From: Polyangiales bacterium
GTDB lineage: Bacteria; Myxococcota_A; Polyangia; Polyangiales; Polyangiaceae
DNA length: 32,250 nucleotides
Assembly (NCBI GenBank): GCA_038230375.1
Contig: JBBRNJ010000092.1
Location: 1-32,250, forward strand
Direction: 5' to 3'
Positions 7,995 to 15,820 of this stretch are shown one piece after another (the first letter of the stretch is position 1; every line of letters begins with the position of its first letter). Under the pieces are notes generated by a model that saw only the letters and a list, made by a program, of their open reading frames with translations, searched no databases and had not been told where the DNA came from. The position numbers were made by a program, and so were the translations under genes.

Positions 7995-9704
7995 ATGAAG
8001 CATCGGTTCTTATCTCTTGCGGTGGGTGTTGGCACGGTCGCGCTCGTCAACGCTTGCTCCCACACTCCCGACGCGGCGACTGATCTCGGTTCGCAGGACG
8101 GCGGGAGCACCGATCCGCCGATCGACCGGCCCCAGAGCCGCCTGACGACCGCGCCCACCACGCCGGTGTGGACGCAGCACTACGACAACGCGCGCACGGG
8201 GGCGAAGCTTGACGAGAAGGTGCTGACACCGGACAGCATCACCGCCGGCGCGTTCGGTCTTGCGTTCACGCGCAAGGTCCAGGGTCAGATCTATGCCCAG
8301 CCGCTGTTCGTTTCTGGAGTGGCGATCCCCGGTCAAGGGACGCACGACGTGGTGATCGTGGCGACGGAGCACGACATGATCTATGCGTTCGACGCGACGG
8401 ACCCGGCGCTGGATGCGCCGCTCTGGCAGAGGAGCATGGGAACGCCGATGTCCTCACACGATCTGGACGCGGAGGTGAACGGCGACGATCCGAACGGCCC
8501 CGGATACCTCGATCTCGCGCCGGAGGTAGGGGTCACGAGCACGCCGGTGATCGACGCGGCGCTCGGCACCATCTATGTGGTGGCAAAGACATCGGAGCCG
8601 GAGGGCACATACGCGCACCGCCTTCATGCGCTCTCCCTCACCGACGGCAGCGAACGCGCCGGGAGCCCGGTCGCCATCGACGCGAAGGGGCCGAACGGCC
8701 TTGTGCTCGATCACAAGCACGGGCTGCAGCGCTCTGCCGTCACGCTGGACAAGGGCGTTCTCTATTTTGCGTTCGCCGGTCACGCGGATCTCGCGCCGTG
8801 GCATGGCTGGGTGCTCGCGTACGACGCGAAGACGCTCGTTCAGCGCGGCGTGTTCGTGACCACGCCAACGTCGGACGGCGGAGGAATCTGGCAGGCTGGG
8901 CAAGGCCTTGGCGTGGACGAGAACGCCAACGTGTACTTCGCATCCGGCAACGGTCTCTACGATGCACGGACAACGCCACCGAGCCTTGGCGACTCGATCG
9001 TGAAGCTGCACCTGTCCGGCACGGGCCTCGACGTCCTGGATTGGTTCACGCCGCATGACGAGCTGGACCTGTTCAACGCCGATCTGGATCTGGGCTCCGC
9101 CGGCATGCTCCTGGTCCCCGGCACGAGCCTCCTCGTGGGCGGCGGCAAGACCGGCAAGCAGTACGTCGTCGATCGCGCGACGATGGGAAAGAAGGGCGCG
9201 TCGAGCGACTCCCAGATCCCGCAGGTATTCCAGGGCGTCGTGGGCGACGCGACGCCGCCGCAGCTCTTCGGCGCGCCCATCTGGTGGAGCAACGATCAGG
9301 GCGCAGCGCGCATGTTCCTCTGGGGCGAGCACGCGCACCTCACGTCGTTTCGCTGGAAGGACGGCGCGTTCGATCCGGAGCCGGAGGCACAGAGCTCGCT
9401 CGCCTCTGCCGGACAGCCCGGCGGCATCCTCGCGCTTTCGGCGGATTCAGACAAGCACGGGACAGGCGTTGTATGGGCGCTCGTGCCTGCCGCGGACAAC
9501 GACGATGGTGCGAGCTTCGTGCGGGTCACGCTTCGCGCGTTCGATGCGGAGGACGTGACGCGCGAGCTGTGGAACAGCGACACCACGCCCGGCGACGCAG
9601 TGGGCACGCTCGTGAAGTTCTGTCCGCCAGTCGTAGCGGGCGGTCGCGTCTTTGCCGCAACGGGGGACGGCGCTCTCCGCGTCTACGGCCTGCGCACGAA
9701 CTGA
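7995..9704 (+). CDS. Lipoprotein with PQQ-like beta-propeller repeats
   Basis: Lipobox LVNAC. TQHYDNARTG, QIYAQPL, GVTSTPVID, GGIWQAG, DLDLGSAG and KFCPPVVAGGRVF are typical of PQQ-repeat proteins. Confidence 0.85.
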   Translation: MKHRFLSLAVGVGTVALVNACSHTPDAATDLGSQDGGSTDPPIDRPQSRLTTAPTTPVWTQHYDNARTGAKLDEKVLTPDSITAGAFGLAFTRKVQGQIYAQPLFVSGVAIPGQGTHDVVIVATEHDMIYAFDATDPALDAPLWQRSMGTPMSSHDLDAEVNGDDPNGPGYLDLAPEVGVTSTPVIDAALGTIYVVAKTSEPEGTYAHRLHALSLTDGSERAGSPVAIDAKGPNGLVLDHKHGLQRSAVTLDKGVLYFAFAGHADLAPWHGWVLAYDAKTLVQRGVFVTTPTSDGGGIWQAGQGLGVDENANVYFASGNGLYDARTTPPSLGDSIVKLHLSGTGLDVLDWFTPHDELDLFNADLDLGSAGMLLVPGTSLLVGGGKTGKQYVVDRATMGKKGASSDSQIPQVFQGVVGDATPPQLFGAPIWWSNDQGAARMFLWGEHAHLTSFRWKDGAFDPEPEAQSSLASAGQPGGILALSADSDKHGTGVVWALVPAADNDDGASFVRVTLRAFDAEDVTRELWNSDTTPGDAVGTLVKFCPPVVAGGRVFAATGDGALRVYGLRTN

Positions 9705-9734
9705 GGCGGGTGCGGGCGCCCGAGCACGAAGCGG

Positions 9735-9743
9735 TGCTACGCT
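9735..9743 (+). promoter_or_regulatory. Extended -10 (TGcTACGCT) 6 nt before ATG; leaderless-type promoter
   Basis: TACGCT at 9738-9743, ATG at 9750, no Shine-Dalgarno. Confidence 0.55.
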
Positions 9744-9749
9744 CAGCCA

Positions 9750-10202
9750 ATGCGATTGCGTGCGTGCGTTCTCTTGCTCGCGTGCTTCCCTGCCGGCGTA
9801 CTGGCCGCGTGTGGTGGTGGAAAGCATCCGCCGACCGCCGGCGACGACACCACCTCTGGTCCAGCCGCCGGCCCCTACGGTAGCGGCACCGACAGCGGCA
9901 TGGTGAGCACCGACGCCGGTCCCGCTCCGAAGTGCCTCGATTTCGGGCCTGGCCCACCGACCACCGATTGCAGGTGCACCATCAAGGAGGGCATGCTCAC
10001 GGTGCCGCTCGCCTGTGGCCTGGCCCTCTGCACCAGCGTGTCGCCGGAGGTCGCCCTCTGTCGCAATGACGGCACGCTCACCTACCTGGAGAACGTCCCC
10101 TTCGCGCTCTGCACGAAGCTGCAGCCATGCGAAGCGGGCGCTGGCGACGCGGGCGACGCAGCCGTCGGCAGCCAAGACGCCAGCGCGGACGACGGGGGGT
10201 AG
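9750..10202 (+). CDS. Small Cys-rich lipoprotein with DAG/DGG tails
   Basis: Lipobox LAAC, 8 Cys in the mature core, acidic DAG tail. Confidence 0.75.
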   Translation: MRLRACVLLLACFPAGVLAACGGGKHPPTAGDDTTSGPAAGPYGSGTDSGMVSTDAGPAPKCLDFGPGPPTTDCRCTIKEGMLTVPLACGLALCTSVSPEVALCRNDGTLTYLENVPFALCTKLQPCEAGAGDAGDAAVGSQDASADDGG

Positions 10203-10270
10203 CGCTCGTTTCGTGTGCCACGCACGAAGTTCAGGGGAGCCGCGGAAACCACTCTGCGTTCGGTGTCACA

Positions 10271-10590
10271 GATGTCGATGATGGGCCCGGAGGGACCGCC
10301 CAGCGCGTAGCCGCCAGACACGCCGAGCGGGATGCCGGTCGTGTTGCTCACGTTTCCGAGATCGTAGATCGTGAGGGCCTCCGCCATGCCCGCGGCGTTG
10401 TGAGTGAGGTCAAGCTGGAGGCGAGGCGCCAGCACCAGCCGCGGCAGCGTGAGCGGACGCTGTGCCAGTGCGAGGGGCAACCGCACCTCACTCGGCTCGT
10501 CCGCGCGAGCAGGCGAAGCCGGCGAACCAAGCAGCATCGCCAGGAGAACGGCGAAGCGCGGTGCGGAGAATTCGCGCTCATCGCGGTCAT
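10271..10590 (-). pseudogene. Remnant of an exported (probably outer-membrane) protein gene
   Basis: Signal-peptide-like FAVLLAMLLGSPASPARA-DE followed by QRPLTLPRLVLAP...GIPLGVSGGYALGGPSGPIIDI. The upstream ATGs at 10590 and 10581 are out of frame, and the frame turns to non-protein-like sequence after about 10271. Confidence 0.5.
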
Positions 10591-10595
10591 TGGTA

Positions 10596-10694
10596 GTCGA
10601 GGTCGAGGTCGAGGTCGAAGTCGAGGTCGAAGTCGAGGTCGAGGTCGAGGTCGAGGTCGAGGTCGAAGTCGTCGTCGTCGTCGAAGTCGTTGTC
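10596..10694 (+). repeat. (GTCGAR)12 (GTC)4 GTCGAA GTCGTTGTC composite microsatellite
   Basis: Counted directly; intergenic. Confidence 0.97.
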
Positions 10695-10711
10695 TTGTAT
10701 CGTCGTCCGCG

Positions 10712-11686
10712 ATGGACGTGGATGACGACGACGACCAGCCAAAGGGCCTCTCCCGCGGCAAGAAGATCCGCATCGCGGTGGCGGTGACGCTCGCCCTTCT
10801 CGCCGCCTCCTCGCTCGCCTACACGCGCTACGGCGTCACCAAGCAAGGCCTCGCGGGCCCGTGCAAGTACGCCTTCCACTGCGGCACGGACGCTCCGCGC
10901 TGCATGCGCGCTCCGGAAGACGACCAGGGCATCTGCACCCGGCAGTGCGATCCTCCGAACGACTGCGCCGCGAACATCCAGTGTATCGACGTGGAGCTCG
11001 AGGAGCGCGACGAGCGCGGGGTCCCACTCCACGGCGGCATCTGCATTCCCGAGTCCATGCTCAGCGCCAAGAAGCGTCACAAGCCCGCCGATGGCGGCGT
11101 CACCAAGGACGACGCGTGGCTCGCCGCGCCCGACCTCCCGAACCAGCTCGAAGGGGAGATCACGCTGCGCACCGACGTGGGCTCCCAGCAGGGTCTGCCG
11201 CGCAACTACGTCGTCAAGGGCTCGCTCGTTCGCACCGGGACCATCGGCGCGGCGACTGGAGGCGGCGCGCGTCGGCGCACGATCGCGGACACGGCAGGCA
11301 TGCGCACCTTCAGCGTGGACGACGACATGAAGACGTTCTCTGCCACGGTGCTCGCCGCCCCACCGTCCGACACCAAGGTCGACAAGACCGGCAAGAAGCT
11401 CACGTTCCTGGGCAAGGAGTGCGAGATCTGGCGCATCGACGACGGCAAGTCCGTGCGCGATGCGTGCATTCTACAAGGAGCCTCGCTCATCGAGCCCTCC
11501 GCCCGCAGCGTGCCTGCGTGGCAGCGTGAGCTCGCGGTCCGCGGCGCATTCCCCATCGACGTGAGCGAGCGCGACAAGAAGGGCACCGAGCTCTCGCACA
11601 CCACCGCGACGCGCCTGGACCTCCACCCGGTCGACGCCGCAGAGGTCGCCATTCCGAAGACCTACAAGAACCTCGCGGGCCGCTGA
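10712..11686 (+). CDS. N-terminally anchored exported protein with 8-Cys domain and DUF4412-like C-terminal domain
   Basis: ATG at 10712 is in frame with ORF 10127-11686. Acidic-basic-TM N-terminus, Cys-rich segment, KTGKKLTFLGKECEIWRI...GAFP motif. Confidence 0.75.
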   Translation: MDVDDDDDQPKGLSRGKKIRIAVAVTLALLAASSLAYTRYGVTKQGLAGPCKYAFHCGTDAPRCMRAPEDDQGICTRQCDPPNDCAANIQCIDVELEERDERGVPLHGGICIPESMLSAKKRHKPADGGVTKDDAWLAAPDLPNQLEGEITLRTDVGSQQGLPRNYVVKGSLVRTGTIGAATGGGARRRTIADTAGMRTFSVDDDMKTFSATVLAAPPSDTKVDKTGKKLTFLGKECEIWRIDDGKSVRDACILQGASLIEPSARSVPAWQRELAVRGAFPIDVSERDKKGTELSHTTATRLDLHPVDAAEVAIPKTYKNLAGR

Positions 11687-11695
11687 GTCGTCCGG

Positions 11696-11767
11696 GTCGA
11701 AGTCGAAGTCGAAGTCGAGGTCGAGGTCGAGGTCGAAGTCGAGGTCGTCGTCGTCGTCGTCGTCGTC
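11696..11767 (+). repeat. (GTCGAR)8(GTC)8 composite microsatellite
   Basis: Counted directly. Fills most of the gap between two convergent stop codons. Confidence 0.97.
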
Positions 11768-11768
11768 G

Positions 11769-12935
11769 CTAAGGGACCACGAGGTTGCCAAGGTTGCCCG
11801 ACACGATCGGATCCTGCTCCGCCGTCTTCGTGGGCACGGTCGGCCACCACTTCTCGTAGGTGCGGGCATCCGTCGGCTCGATGCTCTGTCCTGGCTTCGG
11901 CAACAGCAACCTCACGTGCGCCTTCTCGGCTGCGCGCAGCACGCGCTCTGCCGGCTCCGTCCACGCGTGGTACGCCAGCGCGAGGAGGCCCCAGTGCACG
12001 GGCAACAGCGCGCGCCCTCGCACCAGGCGATGCGCATCCACGGCTTGCTCGGGCCCGATGTGCCAGTCGGGCCACGCGCGGTGATACTGCCCGACCTCGA
12101 TCATCGTGAGGTCGAACGGACCAAGGCGCGTGCCGATGTCCGCCATCGCGGGAAAGAGCCCCGTGTCGCCAGAGTAGTAGACGCGATGCGCCTTGCCCTG
12201 CAGCGCCCAGCCAGCCCACAGCGTGTGATCCTGATCCCACGGTGCGCGGCCGGACGCGTGGCGCGCGGGCGTACACGTCACTGTCAGCTCACCGATCTTG
12301 ATCGCATCCCACCAGTCGAGCTCCTTGATGCGCGCCTCCGGAACGCCCCAGTACGCAAGGTGAGCCCCGACGCCCAGCGGCACCACGAACGTGGTGTTCC
12401 AGTCCTTCATCGCAAGGATGGTGGGATAATCCAGGTGATCGAAGTGGTCGTGCGAGATCACGATCACGTCCGGTACGGGCACGTCGTCGAGCCGGAGCGG
12501 CGGCGGGTAGAAGCGGGTCGGGCCGACGCCATCCACGGGCGTGATGCGATCGCTCCAGATCGGATCGGTCAGTACGCGGGCACCGTCCACCTCCACGAGC
12601 ATCGTCGAGTGACCGAGCCACGTGACGCGAAGCCCGGAGGCAGGCGCGGTGGCGAAGCGCGCCGGGTCCACGTTCTCAGCCGGCACCACATCGTGTGGCG
12701 AGGTGTCGGGGCTCGCCTCTCTCGCACCGGTGATCGAGCCCCACGCGTCGTTCACGAGCGGCTGCGGATTGTGGAACAGACCATCCTTCCACTGCGGCGA
12801 GCGCGTCATCCGTTCGCGCCGCGCCCCCGATGCGCCCTGCCCGAACGCACGCCACCCATCGATCAGCACCCCGAGCATCACGACCACGACCAACACGAAC
12901 ATCACCCGGACAACCCGCCACACCGCCCGCCGCAC
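11769..12935 (-). CDS. MBL-fold metallo-hydrolase (RomA/NAPE-PLD-like) with N-terminal membrane anchor
   Basis: WLGHST, LTDPIWS, HDHFDH (HxHxDH), PARH, YSGDTG and PVHWG motifs. Start at GTG 12935 or ATG 12902. Confidence 0.92.
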   Translation of the reverse strand: MRRAVWRVVRVMFVLVVVVMLGVLIDGWRAFGQGASGARRERMTRSPQWKDGLFHNPQPLVNDAWGSITGAREASPDTSPHDVVPAENVDPARFATAPASGLRVTWLGHSTMLVEVDGARVLTDPIWSDRITPVDGVGPTRFYPPPLRLDDVPVPDVIVISHDHFDHLDYPTILAMKDWNTTFVVPLGVGAHLAYWGVPEARIKELDWWDAIKIGELTVTCTPARHASGRAPWDQDHTLWAGWALQGKAHRVYYSGDTGLFPAMADIGTRLGPFDLTMIEVGQYHRAWPDWHIGPEQAVDAHRLVRGRALLPVHWGLLALAYHAWTEPAERVLRAAEKAHVRLLLPKPGQSIEPTDARTYEKWWPTVPTKTAEQDPIVSGNLGNLVVP

Positions 12936-13035
12936 CTTCGCAAATCGAGTCAGCCGCTTTCCTGGTGCCCGCACGCAAATGATCCTCGCACGGAAGCCGA
13001 ATGAGAGATCGCCTTGCGAAGCACCTCCGGCGTGG

Positions 13036-13062
13036 TATTGAATATGAAAGTCATGTTCAATA
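13036..13062. promoter_or_regulatory. AT-rich inverted repeat, TetR-type operator candidate
   Basis: TATTGAATATGA-aag-TCATGTTCAATA (11 of 12 pairs) between divergent genes. Each arm contains a TTGAAY -35-like hexamer. Confidence 0.7.
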
Positions 13063-13634
13063 ATCGGAGCAACGCAAGCCAGACGGCAACAAGGGAAGCG
13101 TCGAGGTCGAAGCCGAAGTCGATCTCCATCTCCTCCTCTCTCCCGTCCTCTCCCTCCACCATCCTCTCCCTTGTCTCGCACCTCTCCTTCGTCAACTCCG
13201 AGCTCTGGCCCATTCTCCACATGACGTCCCCGCGCGAGCACGCAGGTCGCACGCTCTTCGACGCCCCGCTCGGCGTCCCGCTCTTCCGCAGCTGGCTCCT
13301 GCTCTTCGGCGTCCTTCCGATCGACTTCGATCACATCGGGCTCGAGGCGGTCGATCCGACCTCTGGCTTCGTCGAGTCGTCCACGATGCTCAGCATGCGC
13401 ACGTGGCGTCACGAGCGCCGCGTCACTCCGCTCCCGGACGGCGCGGGCTCGCGCGTGTCCGATACGCTCACGTTCACGCCGCGCATTCCGGGCACCGGTG
13501 CGCTGCTAGCGGCGATCGTGGGCGCGCTCTTTCGTCACCGCCATCGGCGGCTCGCGCGCCTGCTCAGAACTTCCGCTGGCGCCACTCCCACACCAGGCCA
13601 TCCTCTGGATGCAGCAGCGAGTCCCGGTGGATGA
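13053..13634 (+). CDS. SRPBCC/START-like ligand-binding protein with aberrant ends (possibly decaying)
   Basis: VNSELWP..MT, SWLLLFGVLPIDFD, FVESSTMLSMRTWRHERRV, VSDTLTFTPR and FRHRHRRL motifs. Start uncertain; 3' end overlaps the GNAT gene by 71 bp. Confidence 0.7.
   Translation: MFNNRSNASQTATREASRSKPKSISISSSLPSSPSTILSLVSHLSFVNSELWPILHMTSPREHAGRTLFDAPLGVPLFRSWLLLFGVLPIDFDHIGLEAVDPTSGFVESSTMLSMRTWRHERRVTPLPDGAGSRVSDTLTFTPRIPGTGALLAAIVGALFRHRHRRLARLLRTSAGATPTPGHPLDAAASPGG
13100..13123 (+). repeat. Degenerate 4-unit copy of the GTCGAR array
   Basis: GTCGAG GTCGAA GCCGAA GTCGAT. Confidence 0.6.
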
Positions 13635-14472
13635 AGCCAAGATTGCGCAGGATCGCCGTCGATGGACTGTCCAATGGCCGCGTCTGCGCGAAGAGCTCCG
13701 GCTGCGTCTCGTGCTCGAACGCGATCGCCACCAGGCGCTGCGCCATCCAGCTGGCTATGCCGCGGCCCTCGAACGCGGGGAACGTGAAGTACGCGATCTC
13801 CACTTCGCCGTTCCGTGGCGCAGACTTGAACGCGCACGTGCCAACGGCGACGTCCCCCGCGAGCGCCACGTAGCAGAGCCATGGCGGCTCGAATCCGTGG
13901 AGCTCGTAGAGCGTGGTCGTGAGCGTGATGACGTCCGCGAGCGGCTCCTTGCCACCGGGCGCGTGGCCCAACCCATCAACGCTGCCGTCCTTCTCGATGC
14001 GGACCAGGCGTAGATCTTCCGTGGACAATACACGCTTCGACATGGGGATGCGGTCGTGCGGCTCGAAGCCCGCACGCTTGTAGAACGCGACCGCCCGCTC
14101 GTTCTTTCGCTCCGCCTGCAGCTCCAGCGCGAGCGCGCCGTTGTCACGTGCGATCTTCTCGGCGTACCCCAGCGCGCGGAGCCCGATGCCGTCCCGGCGG
14201 AAGATCTCCATCACGTACAGCTCCGTCACGGTGCCGACGCGCCCGCCGAACTCCAGATCGAAGCCGTACGTCATGACAAAGTAGCCCGCTTGCTCCTCCC
14301 CCTTGAGCAGCAGCCACGCGCCGCCGATGCTGTGGTTGCCAAGGAGCACGAGCAGCGCGCGCCGCTGCCGCTCCTCGTCGAAGGGGATGCTGTCGTATGT
14401 GTAATATGCACGCATCAGCCGCAAGAGCGCGGGTGCGTCCGATAGCTCGGCCTTCTTGCAACGAAACTCCAT
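13564..14472 (-). CDS. Tandem (double) GNAT acetyltransferase
   Basis: Domain 1: ELYVMEIFRRDGIG...NERAVAFYKRAGF. Domain 2 (RimJ/RimL-like): VEIAYFTFPAFEGRGIA...STAILRNLGF. Confidence 0.9.
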   Translation of the reverse strand: MEFRCKKAELSDAPALLRLMRAYYTYDSIPFDEERQRRALLVLLGNHSIGGAWLLLKGEEQAGYFVMTYGFDLEFGGRVGTVTELYVMEIFRRDGIGLRALGYAEKIARDNGALALELQAERKNERAVAFYKRAGFEPHDRIPMSKRVLSTEDLRLVRIEKDGSVDGLGHAPGGKEPLADVITLTTTLYELHGFEPPWLCYVALAGDVAVGTCAFKSAPRNGEVEIAYFTFPAFEGRGIASWMAQRLVAIAFEHETQPELFAQTRPLDSPSTAILRNLGFIHRDSLLHPEDGLVWEWRQRKF

Positions 14473-14518
14473 GGCGTGGTTTTAGACGCCGCGGGGCTTC
14501 CGTGGAATACTCCCCCTC

Positions 14519-15337
14519 GTGAAGAGCAGAAACCTCGTAGTCCTGGGTGTACCTCTGGCGGCCGCGCTGGTCGTCATGGCGTGCGGCTCCTTTGGCGGAT
14601 CCGACAATACTTCCGGGGAAAACGACGGTGCGGCGCCCAATGACGCCACTGCGAGCGACGGAAGCCTGGCCAAGGACGGCTCCGTGTCGCTGACCGACGG
14701 TGGCCCCGCAGTCGACGGCTCCAGTGACGGCAGCACGCTGCCTCCGACGTTTTGTCAGCGGCTCGACGGCTCCATCTTCTGCGATGACTTCGACCGCGTC
14801 CTGTTCGACGCCGGCTGGGTCGCACAAGACGCAGGGGCTGACGGCGCGATCACGTTGACCGCACCTTTCGAGGGCGGAAGTCCGCCGAACGCGCTCTCGT
14901 TCGTCAGCACGGGATCTTCGGACGCCGTCGCCACCATTCCAGTGCTCCCGCTGGCCTCCGCCGGCGATGCGTTCACGCTGCGGTTGAAGTTTCGTACTCC
15001 TCTTGGTGGCGTGATCGGCAATGTTCCCGTCGTCACCGCCATCGCCAGTAGCACTGGCAACGCAATCACGACGACCCAACTGCTCTTCGTGAACAAGGAC
15101 GGAACCGGCGTGTGCATCAGCGCCCCGTTTACGAGCCCAGGCTCGCACGAAGTTGCCATCCAGGTCAGCGTGACAGGCATCAACAACGTGAGCTTCAGCT
15201 GCAAGGTGGATGGCGAGTCCATCGCCAGCGGTGGGGGCGGCGCAAACTCGAAGAGCATCGCCATCGCGATCGGGCCCACGGGAGGACCCGCGCACGGGGC
15301 CTTCGTTGCGGACGACGTCTACATCACGCGCCCCTGA
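14519..15337 (+). CDS. Lipoprotein with DG/DA-rich linker and FC-x-FCDDFD beta-rich domain
   Basis: Lipobox VMAC, DGA/DAT/DGS/DGG linker, FCQRLDGSIFCDDFD. TGgAATACT lies 7 nt before the GTG start. Confidence 0.8.
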   Translation: MKSRNLVVLGVPLAAALVVMACGSFGGSDNTSGENDGAAPNDATASDGSLAKDGSVSLTDGGPAVDGSSDGSTLPPTFCQRLDGSIFCDDFDRVLFDAGWVAQDAGADGAITLTAPFEGGSPPNALSFVSTGSSDAVATIPVLPLASAGDAFTLRLKFRTPLGGVIGNVPVVTAIASSTGNAITTTQLLFVNKDGTGVCISAPFTSPGSHEVAIQVSVTGINNVSFSCKVDGESIASGGGGANSKSIAIAIGPTGGPAHGAFVADDVYITRP

Positions 15338-15355
15338 CAATCCCGGATCGTCAGC

Positions 15356-15784
15356 TCATGGCAGCCGGCCGAAGAAGGTGTAGCTCGCGTTCGGTCCCGA
15401 CACGACCATGCTGTACGCGTGAAACTGCGACGCGTCGGTGCAGCTGTTTCCACGTCCCTGGAAGACAACCTTGATGGCGGGACGTCCAGCGGCGCCGCTC
15501 GCGAACATGCCCGTCATCGCGACGGGTGCAGAGAGCCGCCACTCCTTGTACAGGACCGGATCGCCGGTGGCCGGGCCGTCTTGCTCGTCGACCGCGAAGA
15601 CGCCCAGGTTGGCGGGCATCTTGAACGACAACGTGCCGGTGCGCCCGTTCTTGTCCTTCATGGTGAAGGTCCACTGGTCCGTGGTTCGTGTCAGAGCCAC
15701 GTCGTAGGTGTCTTCGGGGTCGACAATGCCCTGCACGCCAGCCGCTCCTGCGGCATTCATGAAGAGCCTGGTCTTCGCGGCGAT
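15356..15784 (-). pseudogene. Likely 5'-truncated gene for a hypothetical beta-rich protein
   Basis: Protein-like frame (LYKEWRL, VFQGRGNSC, YTFFGRL) extends upstream of Met 15760 as IAAKTRLF to a TGA at 15785-15787. No Shine-Dalgarno or signal peptide. Could instead be an intact 134-aa CDS. Confidence 0.5.
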
Positions 15785-15820
15785 TCACGCGCTCCGCCGC
15801 GTTCCCCGGCGCGTCTGCGG

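Noticed and set aside
10596..11767. GTCGAR arrays as a CRISPR array or as coding STSTST/VEVEVE/RGRGR peptides
   Set aside because: Units are 3-6 bp with no spacers and no cas genes. The ORFs crossing them (10082-11080, 10127 extension, 10404-10787, 10348-10773) stay open only because the repeat has no stops.
12936..13412. 5' extension of the MBL ORF to 547 aa
   Set aside because: It overlaps the operator and the SRPBCC gene on the other strand. Protein-like sequence begins at the TM anchor near 12935.
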